DNA from: Stylophora pistillata
Lineage: Eukaryota
Direction: 5' to 3'
NCBI RefSeq assembly: GCF_002571385.2
Contig: NW_019217901.1
Location: 253,091 to 317,090, forward strand
Length of the DNA: 64,000 nt
Of this stretch, positions 11,461-24,369 are shown in pieces; positions within the stretch are counted from its first letter, which is position 1, and the number at the start of each line of letters is the position of its first letter. The notes under the pieces are model-generated. The model was given only the letters and a program-made list of their open reading frames with translations, did no database searches and had not been told where the DNA came from. A program made the translations under genes and the position numbers.

Positions 11461-14400
11461 TCACAAGAGTTTCTTTGTTAGAATCTCGTAAACCATTCGA
11501 CGCCTGAAATAAGGCATGTGTCTCTGGAAAAGAATACAAAATGAGATAAATCTAAGCATCTGCCTTGGTTAACCCATACGAATGTGGATGAAACTTCTCG
11601 TAAGAAAGAAAACGTTACGAAAAGCAACATAAACTTATCGCTTATTGTTCGTACCTGATCAAAATCGAACGGTGCTCTTCTTGATAAATACTCTGCGTAC
11701 TGAATCAGAGAAGCGAAAAAAAACAAAACAAAACAAAATAAAAACAAAACAAATTCAACAAATCAGTTCAACATCCTAAATTCCGATTCGAGTTAGAAAC
11801 AATGTACAAGAAGAACCACCTCGTGGAATGTCAACTGCTAAATCCCACTGATTTATTCATTTATTTGTTTTTAGTTTCTAAGCATCGATGTCCTCCATGA
11901 AATTTTACCCCTTCTGTAATGATTACTATAGCCAGTTCAGTTGTAGAGGGGAAGCTTAAGTTTACGGACCAAACTCTGATGAACAAAGGCAAGGGACCAC
12001 AATGTTCAAAAAAAAGGAAAGAAAAACGAAAAGGTGGGAAATTATCGTGAGAATGCTCACAATAGAAGTGGTAAGTCTCGCACACCAAACTGAGATTGGT
12101 TTAAATCCAACGAATTTAACAGATATTACAAACAGAGGTTTTTGTGAGTCGGTGTAAATAGTACAAAACCTTGAATTATACCTTGCAGGCGAATACTCCA
12201 CAATCACATCCGTTCAATTGCTCTGGTATATCCTTTCAGAAAAAAAAGGAAGGACATCAATTTTAATTTTAAAAGAAGAGGATGTTAATTTTTTTAAAAG
12301 AAGTTAACCCATTCACCACAAGGAAATAGTCGCGTTATTCCGCATTTCCCTTGGGTCAGCGAAAATGATTCAAAATAGCGAGATTTCGAGATACCGGGCC
12401 ACAATCGAAGTGAAACACTAGCTGGAGTTCATTGAGCCTACGTTCGACTTCGACAGGAAGTTTGAGCAGGATATCATATTTTCGAGGTCTATAGTGGACT
12501 ATTTGCCGTTTTTTTCTTTCGATCACAAGCGAGAGCTATAGGCGATTAGATATTGGGATAGTAAACTTAGCACATTATAGGATTATCCCAACCCAGCCTC
12601 TTTCTAGTGTTTAAGGCTGACAGAAGGCACTTATGAACCAAACATTATTTGCTCGAAAAGCAGAAATTACACTTACAGTTAAGAAGTTTATCGGCCAACT
12701 ATTTAAAAGATAATAATTCAAACCGGACCTGTTCAATGATTAACAATTTGACCAGGGAATTTGAGAAACACATTAACGAGGCAAAATTTTATAATAAAGC
12801 ACCTTCGGTGAAACTGTCTTCCAGCCTGTTGAGTCGAACGGCTTTTTCTGCTTGTCCAGAGATTCTTTTTTCAAGTAATCACTACAAACAAAAACATTCC
12901 TTAAAGGAAGCTGAACCTACACTCTCCTGAGTTGGCGATGTAAATGGAATAATACAAATTTAATTTTTTATGATGATTATTATTTCTATGGTTTTAATCG
13001 ACATTTTTCTTCCGATTCCGTCGGTTTGATTTTCACTGGATGATATTGCTCAGCGATTCTGATGACGACTCTGAATCGGACTCCGTCGTAAGTTAAAAGT
13101 AATGTGGGTCTCAGCTCGAAAACTAGTTCATTCAGTAGAATGAACCCGTAAAATTATTGTAATACACGGTAAGAATATTGTTAAGTGTGAGGAGATTGGC
13201 ATCAGGTCTTACCTCAGTGCAGTCAGGCATTGTGGGTTGGAACCTTTGAGTGAGTCATAATATGAGATACATTTCTTCTTAAAATCAATCGCCTGAAAAA
13301 CGAAGAGAACAAACTGTAAGCGAACCGTCTACAACTTGAACTGGACTGACTATGTTGAGTCAAAAAGACTGAATAAAGTTAAACACTCTTGCCTAAGGAT
13401 TTACTTCACCACATCTTCACTGCGTCGGATTCATTAAACAACGCAACTTTACTCTACAGTTCTGCGGTTCACGCAAGAGTAAATTTCCAGAAACGCTCTC
13501 TTACGTGGATAAATGTCACTGCAGAGCAGGGCAATTGTTCTGTGTTTGCCCAAGAATGCCCTCAAACGTTTCCGACGCCGTTTATCGTTGTAATGTGGAT
13601 GAAACAGGCCTTTTTTTTTTCTTTTTCTGATTTTCACTTTGAACGATGTTATTCGCCGAGTGTGAACGGAGGCCAAAACAATCTTCGAGGGAATATCTAA
13701 TTTAATCAGTTGTATTACTTAATTTGCGTTGCAGATTTGAATTGGCTAAACGACGCAACATTAGTAACAAGAGCAAGGGTGAAACGTTTTACAACAAACA
13801 ACTTTCTTACCGCGACACACCAATGCATCCCTAAATGAACCGGAACAAGGACTATGTCCATCGCAAAAATATCCACCTACAAGAACACCACAAAAAAAAA
13901 ATAAGTGAAAGAGAAACGTAATCGTTTGTCTCGCCTTGTGGTCTCTTGGGGTGTGGATCCCAACGTTTCGACTGTTTACTGCTGGTCTTCTTCATCGCCT
14001 AGAGAACACTAGCAGTAAGCAGTTAAAACGTCGCGATCAACTTTCCAATTAACAACAGCGCGAGACAAACGATTAAGGTACTCTTTCAAGCGTTATTCAC
14101 CACGACGAATATCCTATTTTACGATAAAAGTAAATGAAATAAAACACACGAAACAGTTTTTACTGCAAAAAACGGTGCAAAAAGGTTCCAGAAGTAGTGG
14201 TAAGCCACCGGTATCACAAGTACTCTAAAAACAACCCTCCACCTCATTGATTTCCCAGGCTCCTAGACGCGCGGCTCAATCGTGCACAATCGTGCACAAT
14301 CGTGCACAATCGTGCCTGACTACTCACTGGATATTCTTGTCGTCTTTTTGTTATGAAATAAATACCATCCACAACAGTAGCTTCAAAACATCAATCGATA

Positions 14401-17400
14401 ATCTCACAAAACCATTTATTAGATGATCTTTTTTCGCAGTAGAGAGAGCTTTACGGGACCAACAAAGGAAAACACCACTGGTCGAGGAGTGAAGCGCTCA
14501 AAATCGTGTTTCTTACCTTTTTCGTCCACCGTTTGAGACTGGCATATCCTGACTTGATGAGTTTGGGATAAAAGAATGAATTAAAGGCGTGCACTTTCAC
14601 ATTCCCTTGTTGGTTACTTCTCTCCATGATCAGGTTGAAAAAGAAGTTAATAATCTGCAAAAAGAATTGAGATACGAAAAAAATCATAAACCAGTTGAAC
14701 TAAAAACCCACTTCAAATGGTACCGCTACCTGAAAACGCCTCAGCCATTTTTGTTTTTACATCTTTCTAAGTGGGAACCTCAAGCCACATGTCAGAGCAA
14801 TTTTAAATGCCCTTCACCTCAGCTTACCTCATCATTAAGCCAGTTCAGATTACTGAGCGTTGCCACATCACTTCGTTTCAGGGTCACTCGAAAGCCTTCA
14901 ACAAGAGGGTCTTCAGAATACCCAGGGGCTAGTGCTGCATCCACCTAGAGGACGATTTTTAAAGAACGACTTTCCTCAAAAATTGTATTTTACGAACCAA
15001 CTGATTCAAAAAGCTGGGTCAACGTATTTTACGTGACTCGACTTCTTTTAAACAACAAACATATGAAATACATATATATGACTTCTTTTCATTCAAATTG
15101 GCTCCGATCGGTAAAATGGCCGAGCACAGATCTTTTGGAGGCTAAGTTGCCGCACCATAATCTACAAGATGAAGTGGAACTTTCATATTTTTACCACAAC
15201 TTAACCCGAAAGCAATCTGTTCTTATCCCTCCACTTTTACTCGCCAATGTTCGCATTTGGCTTACTTATCTTTTGTTGATTGTGTTGTCTGATCGTTCGC
15301 GAGAGTGGTCCTGAACAGAATTCGTCTTGTTGATAAGAGCTGACGTTTCGACAACCTGAGCTCAGACTTTCGTGAAGGAGGGGCAAGCCCCCCCCCCCCC
15401 AAAAAAAAAACAGGAAAAAAAATCTTCAAAATAAAGATACTCCACCCACACGTAGCGCCACATGTAATTTAACCCGCGTGAGAAGTGAACGCTTTCGGGC
15501 CATTCCTCCAGTCTTCTCTACTATGTAAGAATGGAAGTAAGAAATTTACAATACTGCTCAAAAGTAAGTTGAGTCTCAACTCGATCCTATCTTGAATCGA
15601 GTATCAAGGATCGAGACACTCGAAGAACTTTTCGACGATCTCGTTCTGCAGAACGCAAAACAGTAACGAAGGACAAAGCGCTTGACACGCTTTAAGTCAA
15701 CAACGGTTCTCACCATTCTCTCCATCTCATCCGCGAGCGGCACAAATGAGTCCGTTATTTCTTTTACTTCTTCTTCTTCTGCCTAATAAAGACGATATGC
15801 AATATCATAAACATTTAACTGAAGCAAACATTTTAGTAAGGATGTATATAACCGTAAGGGTACTCCAAGTTAGTTACTAAAGCGTGTGGTGCTACGTAAA
15901 GTATTTGTGACGTGAGAAGAACATACATTGTTTTGTATGAAACGATCACATGCATGTATGAATAGTTGAAACAACACTTGGCTGGGTGATGCTTGCAATT
16001 TCAAGACTTCCATTCTTGCAGTTGGTAAAGGGTTTCCAGCGTTCAAGTTCAATGGACAACTTCACAGATCATATAATTATGATAGACGGAACAAACACAT
16101 GGGATGTCCGAAGAGAACACCATCACACGGGTGACGTGCACGTTACAGGATTAAAAAACCGTTCACGTTTTTCAGGCTTTTTTTTTTCTAAATCATTTCA
16201 AAGCGGATAATTCCGTTGTAACGATCGCTAGGTAACTTAAACCCTATTATGTTTTGAGGCGCTGTAGAGTTGGAATGAGCGAGCAGACCCAACCCCCACT
16301 TTGCTTCAGTACTTATTCTGCCATGAGCGTGTGGATGCAGTGTAAACAGGAAAAAATAGCATTGATCTAAAATACCTCTTCTTCCTCATCTTCATCCAGT
16401 CCTAAGTTTCTTCTTCTTAGTCGTTCTCTTATCTAAATCAGGGACAAGCAAGCATAAATATCAAGTAATATGAGGTATCAAATTTCAGCAATACTTGAAG
16501 CAGAGTTAACTTTGCTTAAACACGTAAATTATCTACCAAATAATTCGCTTGATAATCATATTCCCGCCTTGGCGGACAAGAAGTACCTTCATTTCACGTT
16601 CATGGTCCGAAAATGACGAACCCACATATTCTTTGCACATGTAAAACTTGTTCCAGCTCGGTTTACGAGACAACAACAACATGTAAACATCGAAGAGCAA
16701 GCTTTAAAACCCCAGAACTAACAAAAATTTCCTTTTTAAAGAAAACCCATCGACAAAAAAAGTAATTTTCCATCCCATGACCCTGATAATAACGTACATG
16801 TATCTCTGTTACAAGTGAAAGACGACCACATTGTTCCATTTTCTGGGACTCTGTTACGAGTTTTAATGAAGCGGGATCCTGGCTGACCTAATTACACACC
16901 CAAGTTTTACTGTGTTAAACATGATGGGCGATATCTCAACCTATACTACACCAGTCTACCCATAATAATCGATCAATAATTGTAGATTTGTACAGTGCGT
17001 AAACAAGCACCTTGTCTTTAATTGCTTGTGTTTCTTCTTCTCGCTGAAATGGGAGGAAAAGGAAAAATCATCAATATCACCATTGTTAATGTACGTGTTC
17101 TAGTTACATGAACTTTCACCATATTTTTCACGAAATGATTCTCTCTACAAAAGTGTAGATTCCTTAATCAAATTTGAGCTTAGAGGAATACGAACCGCTT
17201 CCACACTCGCTTAAAACACCGCGACAACTTGTTAATGTTATCAAAAAGAAAATCTCTGTAACCAAGTTAAAACCGTATGCAAATCATTTCCATGGAAAAC
17301 GACCAAACCAAACCGAGCGACCATGACTTCATTGAAATAAGTGGCCACAAAGTGCAATAAAAAAATGAAACGAAACGAAACCAGACAAAGAAACAAACAA

Positions 17401-20400
17401 AACTGTGACTGATAAAGAAACAAAACACACAAAAAAAATGTTATCATGTCCATGAGCGTTATACACAAAAACGCCTCACAAGTCTCCACAAGGAGACATC
17501 AAGCGGGCACAGCACCACTTGATGACTCACTCAACGTAGCCATGCAGCTCAGGGAAATTGTAGCAACAGTGGCCTTCAGCTGTGCATCTAATTGGTTTTG
17601 AATTCTACGCGAAAGTTGTCCCAGATTACTTAATTGAGCCTGCCGATATAATCCTTCGAGCTTTTGACAAAGTAAACTTGCATTCATTTTACCTTTTGCT
17701 TTATTGCTTTTAGCTTGTTTTCTTCTTTCGAAATCTCCCTTTGTCGGGCTAACCTGTCTTCTGATAAGAGATTTCGCCTGTAAATCGAAAAAAATAAATG
17801 AATGGCAAAGTGCCGGGAATTTTCGTTGGACGTGCATAATACAAACTAGCACTATACAAGTCCATTTGTCCTTCTAATCAGGTATCAGATATCTCTACAA
17901 ATCTACAGCAATCACCGGAAGGTTTGCAGTATTTTGTCTTCAAAAACTAAAGGGTCCTGTCAGTAAAAAGACAGCACTGCGTACGTAGTAAACGCAAGGG
18001 AGAAGATTGTAGGCGTTTAAAAATCTTTTGCTGCTGTTAACATTGAATTGCTCCGTGTTGCACATAGTCCAAGTATTGCACTGCACTTATGATTAGATTG
18101 CGATATCTAAATGAAGATTCGAAACTGGTCAAAAATGCCCATTTACGAAACCAGAGGGTACAAAACTGAGGAGCACAAAAATTGGCGGGTTCTTTGATGG
18201 TATCGAATTGTGTACCTTTCCTTATCACTACTTTCAAAAATAAAAGGATCATAGTTATGTAATGACAACAGGTGAAAACAAGAGTAAGTGTACGTCTTTC
18301 CTAACACTTACCATTTTGTGGTCCAGTCCTCACCAAATGGATTGTGAATATCAGGCGTGTCCAGTGTTTTGTTGCTAAGAGAAATTAATGTAAAATATAC
18401 AAAATGTCAGGAGGCTTATCACTTGAATTATGGATCTGTAACCGAGGAGACTTAAAGGCAGTAGGTGGCATATTTTAGGCATTCATTTAATAAAACTGAC
18501 ATGTTCAGGAGAAGTTTAAATGTTTATAATTTTGGAGGGCTAAAGGGTTATTAACACAACTTTACAGTGAACTACAATAAACTTTTTTTAAGCATAATGT
18601 TTAATTTACCTTGATCTGTTGATAATGTTTGGAGGTGATATGTTGGTTGTACCTTTAAGTAACAAATACAGTTCAAACTGTTATATGGCACCAAATAAAC
18701 CTACATTTTACTCTTCAAAAACTGTTGTACAAGTTTTCAGGCAAATGAAAACTTTTAGTCTCCTTTAAGGACCTGAAGTTCAGACTGTGCAGTGAGACTC
18801 TCCTCCACCCACTTGAGTATGAACTTGTTAGAAATCTACAGTGTACACGAAGGTAATAATTATACCCCTGTACGGTGTCAGAAAATTATATCACAAAGAG
18901 TCTACAAGCACATGTGTCGCATGCAGCCAAGTTGCCCAGACAAAGGTGCAATTTGCAAAAAAAAAGCTTTGTTTAATTTTAAATTCTACACCACTCAAGT
19001 TTTCTTTTTATTACAGACAGAGTTATTGCAATAAAAATCACTAACAAACCTTTCAGCTTTTCAAAATACTTTTAGACCTCACTCTGTCAAATATTCCATT
19101 TCAGCATAGCATATACACTACACTAAATTAATACTAACCTGGTCTTGAATACAAACTAACATCTGCTGTGACCCTGTGTGACCTGTTGGCTGATCTCCTA
19201 GGAGATGCAGTTACTTTCAACCTTGTTGATGACAGGGGAGGGGAGGCTGGTATAGTGAAGGACACAGGGGGTGGTACTAAGGTGGATCTTGGTGACAGTA
19301 GGCTTCCATTTACAGACCTGAGTGGTAGAGCCATACAACAGGAGTGAACAAAAAAAAAGATTATAACTAATAGAATAGTAAAATAAGATAATTTTGTTGT
19401 TAAAGGAAGGATCACTGGCATTTGTGACAACTGTTATAGTCAACAAAGGTATGAATGATAACATGGTGAATATCAAATCCAGGATTACACAAAATAACTG
19501 ACATTTATTCATCAAAGTGGGGGTAGATATTTATTCTGAGCCTTGAAGTGGTGAGGTAAACACCCACCACCCTCACCAACACTGAGGAGAATAATTGTTT
19601 TGAACAAACCCAACTAAAGCCAAAAATTAGTTTATCTCTGTCGATATACTGCAAAATGGTTGGAAATTAAACTCTGGACCCAAAATTTTGTCTCTTGGCT
19701 GCTTGGAGGTGAATAGCAATTGCAAATCACTTCAGTTTTGTTTGTACCTGACATGGGGTCTTGTCTTGATGAGAAAGTCAGTCTCAACGTGCAGAGGTTC
19801 ATCTATTGCTGTTCTGTTCAATGCATGATCTAATCTATCAGGTGTCTCTATATTGGTATACTGAGCCACTAGCTGCCTGTATTTGTCTCGTTCATCCAGA
19901 CGAATAACCTTGTGGGACAGAAAAACAGTGATAAATTGTATACAGACTGTGTACAATGCACTAATTTGAAGTGTGGTATGGAGTCACATTAACCCTTCAC
20001 ACTCTTATATCAATATGCATATTCTCCATACTGTTCTCTGTACCTTCCCTGGGGGTACTGACAAGGAGAATTTGCTTAACAATCAGGGGCTCATTCAGGT
20101 TATCAAAATGTCAGTCACAGTCACCAACACAATTCAGTAATTCTTTAACACAAATCCTGCTATACTTGTTCACTGTGCATGGTCCTTCACAATTCCAAGT
20201 CTTACCGTTTCTGCTGTGCTTGTAAATCTCCCCCCTTCAACTGGAGATCTCTTCCCTGACATCTTCCCTGTAGTCTTCTGTGATCTTGCAGGAGACCTGC
20301 TACCAGATTGAGAAGGTCCAGGCATGTTGCACTCTACTGTCCTCCCACTTTTGTACTGGTTAGCATTGTAAGATCTACTGTCAACAATATCTTTATATTT

Positions 20401-23033
20401 TGATGCTAGGTGGATAAATGGATTTAGCATTGTAAGATCTACTGTCAACAATATCTTTATATTTTGATGCTGGGTGGATAAATAACAATATCTTTATATT
20501 TTGATGCTAGGTGGATAAATAACAATATCTTTATATTTTGATGCTAGGTGGATAAATAACAATATCTTTATATTTTGATGCTAGGTGGATAAATGGATTT
20601 AAAGTCGTCACTACATGAACAAAATTGAACAGTGACAAAATTGTCTGATGAGCAAAATTGGATACAATTTTTATTTCTGATTAAAAAGACACCATGCCGA
20701 TACATCACTGTGTACTGTTGCACTTATATCAAAAAAATCCTTTTTTTTTTTTTTACAATAATCTCTCAATTGACTGATTAAGCTTTCTTACTCTTCTTTA
20801 CTAGAAAATAGCAGACAGTTCAATGCTCAACCATAGTTTACAAAAACTGGACTCAATTTTGTGATTGAAGTAACATGAAAAATAATTAGCATGGTGTATT
20901 TTAGACAATAATAACATTGGAATATTGAGAGAGAATGAGAAAAACAATTTTCATCATTTTGTATTGTAATCCTGAGCTAAACTAGAAACCTAATTTTTAC
21001 TTAACGTAATGTAGTAAATTAATGTAACAAGTAACTTTGACATTTGTTTTTTCTTGTAAGAAAAAAAAAATTTAAAATGGTCTTGATTCTTTCCCAGAAA
21101 GAACTTACAATCATATGTTCTGCCAGATGCTCTTGTCATGGTGAAGTTTTGCTTTGTGGATGGTGTTAAACCCATCCTGTTTGTTCTTGTATGAGGCTGT
21201 ACTGGTGTTGAAGTTTCTGGTCCTCTGCCCCTATGCAAGGGTTTCCTTGTCAATCTAGAACTTCCTTGTTGTCCCCAATGGTCTGTGCCAGAGCTCTGCA
21301 ATAAGCAAAGCACCAGTTGTAATGGTTTCACCCTTTACACCCTAACATCTGTATGAATATTATACAATACAATACTTTNGTACACTCGACGGCCTTTCGA
21401 TCCAAATGCAAAATGGCGGCCTGAAAATCTCGGGCACGCGCAGAAAGCAAAATTTCGAGATAGTTTTTGGGTTGAAAAGTAATGCCCCACTTACGACTTT
21501 TACTTTTCTCTCTTTCTCCTGCCCTTTTTTTCCCCTCTCCTTGCCTGAAGTTTCTCCTCACTTGCTGGAAATTTAGTAGGCTTCATTTTGGTGTAGAGAC
21601 TTTTCAGAAACTACTCATTATTTTCAAACCACATGCTCAGAAAGGTAGGTAAGTAATGGAACAAGATTTTCGTGCAGATTTTCAGGTCAGAGTTACATGG
21701 TTTTTTGGCTATTTCTCTAATCTCCTTCACTCAATTGCACTCATTCTGGTATCGTTTGTAAGATATTTTCAACCTGTTCAAGTACGTGCTCAAATTCGTG
21801 CTCTAGGGTTAAAAGTGATGACGTCACCAGGCGTAGAAAGGGTGTGGGTCCCCCTGGGCGCATACGGGCACACTGGACGTCAATAGGTTAACTTTGTTAC
21901 ATCAACAATGTAGCTTCTGTATTGAAATGCAGCCTCAATACCATATCAGATGTTGCTAAAAACTTTTCATCCTTTTATCATAGTCTCTAAAAATACATAT
22001 TCTTTAAAAAGATACTCACCTCCCTCTAGATTTCTTAATCTTTTGGTTGGTGGTGTCTAGTGTCAAAAAATAAAAAAAAGTATTCAGTATAACTGAGGTT
22101 ATTGTTAAACTCAGCCTTCTACAATGCTCTGGTTAACAGCTTCCAGTAAAAAGAAATAACTACCAGGACTCGATACCAACTTTTCAACTTACTAGCCAAG
22201 TGGCTAGTGACAACATAGATGTTACGACAATTTCAGTTTGTTTGCTAGCCAAACTGGCTGGTGAAAATCAAAAACCACTAGCCAAAACTGAATTTCTACT
22301 AGTCTGAGGCTAGTTGGCTACCATTAGTGTCGAGCCCTGAACTACACATTTATTTTTCTCTCAGAGGAAAGACACTAACCTATGTCCCCAATACTTTCAA
22401 GCAATCAAAGTTTCCAATTCTTTACATGAATTTCCTCTCCAAAATTCTACCCTTTTGCAAAGTTAAATAACAACTTTATAATATGTGACCATCATATGAC
22501 ACCTTAAAGTCTCAGTCTTCCCTTTCAAAATCCATACAATTTTTACATTTTCTAAACATCTCCCTTGCTGTTTAAAATTGCAGAGTAAGTTAAGTATACA
22601 GGGCCACCAAGGTCCACCTTGCAGAGAGTGTTTGAAGGACCAAGAAGATTAAAATAAGAACTACAATATGCGGTGACTCAATAAGATGCAAACATGGGAC
22701 CCTGCATTCTAAAGCCTTTCCCAAATTGTGCATGACAGTTTGATTATCAGTACATAGATGGACTAACCTGGAGTACATCTGTTACGATTACATCCTCCTC
22801 TTCCCTATAAGAACAAAATGCATACTGATGAATCCTTGAAGGGTCAAAATCTACACGCAGGTCATATAATTATGTGACAAATTGTAAGTTATACAGTGTA
22901 GTAACACATGTATAAATTATCCAACTGTGCTTCGTTGAGTGCAAATAACTCCCAAAACGAGTACAAATATCTCGCGGTATTTGTACTCCAGAGAACTGGT
23001 TAGACATAAACCCGCACTGAAATAACAATTTGG

Positions 23034-23069
<36 letters not shown>

Positions 23070-23462
23070 TGTGCAGTAATAGATACAAACAAAACTAAAT
23101 GTTTCACATGCAAAACGTGGATTGCCATTCCCTCGACGAAAGACTTGGCATTTGTTCAAATACCTTAACAAAAAGAAAGATACGTCAGCCTCTTATAATT
23201 CAGATATTTTGGGATGAACTTCAAGTTAAAAGGTCCCGCTACGCTCATCGTTCTTAACTATCACATCAACTTGAATGTAGATCGCCACAATGTACACTAC
23301 TTTAAAAATCCAAACATGACTTAAAATCTTGCCAAGGAAAAGACACAGATCCAAACAGGATAGTGTAAAGTACCTCTCCCTTCGGCGTTTGTCTCCTGCT
23401 TTTCTTCCAGAGAAAGAAAACGAGCGAATATTTTCATAAAAAGACGATAACGATGCCAACAT
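11461..23462 (-). CDS. SENP1: Sentrin/SUMO-specific protease, SENP1/2-like (Ulp1, peptidase C48)
   Basis: Phase-consistent GT-AG exons: 23374-23462 (GCCACC-ATG), 22768-22804, 22020-22056, 21942-21955 (uncertain), 21109-21295, 20206-20405, 19748-19908, 19139-19317, 18610-18652, 18312-18374, 17693-17777, 17011-17043, 16376-16432, 15714-15782, 14828-14944, 14517-14654, 13811-13876, 13213-13292, 12803-12881, 12182-12232, 11655-11699, 11461-11523. The catalytic domain reads LNWLNDEIINFF...FNSFFYPKL...VPVHLGMHW...YYDS...PEQLNGCDCGVFACKYAEYLSR...MPYFRRRMVYEIL with an intact H-D-C triad. SENP1 versus SENP2 orthology cannot be resolved. Confidence 0.93.
13906..14088. mobile_element. Imperfect palindrome of Penelope-like terminal repeats (hammerhead-like) in a SENP intron
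   Basis: Arms tgaaagag..taatcgtttgtctcgc..gatcccaacgtttcgactgtttactgctgg and ctagcagtaagcagttaaaacgtcgcgatc..gcgagacaaacgatta..ctctttca. Confidence 0.65.
14277..14315. repeat. 10-bp tandem repeat (CAATCGTGCA) x about 4
   Basis: Directly visible in the sequence. Confidence 0.9.
15281..15362 (-). mobile_element. Penelope-like terminal-repeat fragment
   Basis: gatcgttcgcgagagtggtcctgaacag...ctgacgtttcgacaacctgagc; same family as 580-990. Confidence 0.45.
19989..20095. mobile_element. MITE fragment starting with TTAA (piggyBac-like end)
   Basis: ttaacccttcacactc...tatgcatattctccatactgttctc...tgacaaggagaatttg; a related start lies at about 21327. Confidence 0.4.
20360..20600. repeat. Tandem repeat (one 64-bp and three 37-bp periods) built from a SENP intron-exon junction
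   Basis: Five copies of minus-strand ATTTATCCACCYAG|CATCAAAATATAAAGATATTGTT. Confidence 0.92.
22164..22339. mobile_element. MITE with CAGG..CCTG termini and a 6-bp TSD (hAT-like)
   Basis: Ends CAGGACTCGATACCAA and TTAGTGTCGAGCCCTG; AACTAC on both flanks. Confidence 0.75.
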
Positions 23463-23464
23463 GG

Positions 23465-23710
23465 TGGCCCTCACGAATTTACCGCCATCAGAAAACCACT
23501 GGCCAAATGCAGGCGAGTATGACGTCGCAACATGGCGGACAACACATCTTTTTCCGACTTTTCATCCCATTTCTGGCCGAAAGTGCAAAAAATAACAGTT
23601 TGTAATTTTTATGTATTTTTTTTTTCTGAGGAATGATTTAATTCATCGTAAATGGGGAATTAAAGCGAAATTTTTATGACGTGTAATTGTCTCCCGTGAC
23701 GTCACAGTTA
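23465..23710 (-). promoter_or_regulatory. Probable SENP promoter / 5' region
   Basis: Lies just upstream of the ATG. Contains a YY1-like AACATGGCGG (23529-23538), a palindromic CRE GTGACGTCAC (23696-23705) and two further TGACGT half-sites. Confidence 0.5.
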
Positions 23711-24369
23711 GTGGCTGTATAGAAAGGCTATAATGAACTAGGGTTAAGTCTTGGAAAATGGGAAAATTTTCTGGATATTGTATTTAACCACTAGAAAAGG
23801 GATGGAAATTTTCCTCGGCGCTAATGGCTGAGAAACCTACCCGACAGCTAAATCCAGCCTAGCTGCCTGGCTCTCTCTGTTGGTCTTTTTTCTCAGCCAG
23901 CTTTTTGTGCCGATAAAATGCCATGCGCATAGGGAAGGGGGAAGGGGGAAGGGGGAAGGGGTAGGAGGAGGCGCGGTTCCATGGCTGGGGAAATTAGAAA
24001 GAAAGGGCTGTTTCAAAGAAAACCTCTTTTGTTCAGGAATAAAGGAACAATTTCTTCGCTTAAACCTCAAAAGACTTTCATTTGCTTCAAGAAATTAGCA
24101 CCAGGAGGTGGAAGCGTTCATTATATTTTTGAATAAAGATTGAATTCAAGGAAGTGCAGTTGACAACTGATAACTCAACAAATCCTGCTTACTGCTAGAA
24201 ACTCGAGCTGAATTAAACTAAAATTCATGGATTTCGTCATTTACTTTAAAGTTCATTCACGGCAACTCGATAACTTGATTCAAACTTTCATTTAAATTCA
24301 GTTCATTTTCGATAACCATTATTCAACTCTTTAACTCGAGCTAAATTTGGAAATGCGTGTTCGTAATCA

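Noticed and set aside
17499-17852. 117-aa ORF as an independent gene
   Set aside because: It overlaps SENP exon 17693-17777 in a different frame; the spliced frame (WRNLLSEDRLARQREI...) fits the neighbouring exon phases.
18770-18836. Candidate extra SENP exon
   Set aside because: Its phase is incompatible and gives stops; exon 18610-18652 bridges the frames correctly.
21327-21891. A single composite element in a SENP intron
   Set aside because: Two different repeat fragments meet at the N at 21379, so the join may be an assembly artefact.
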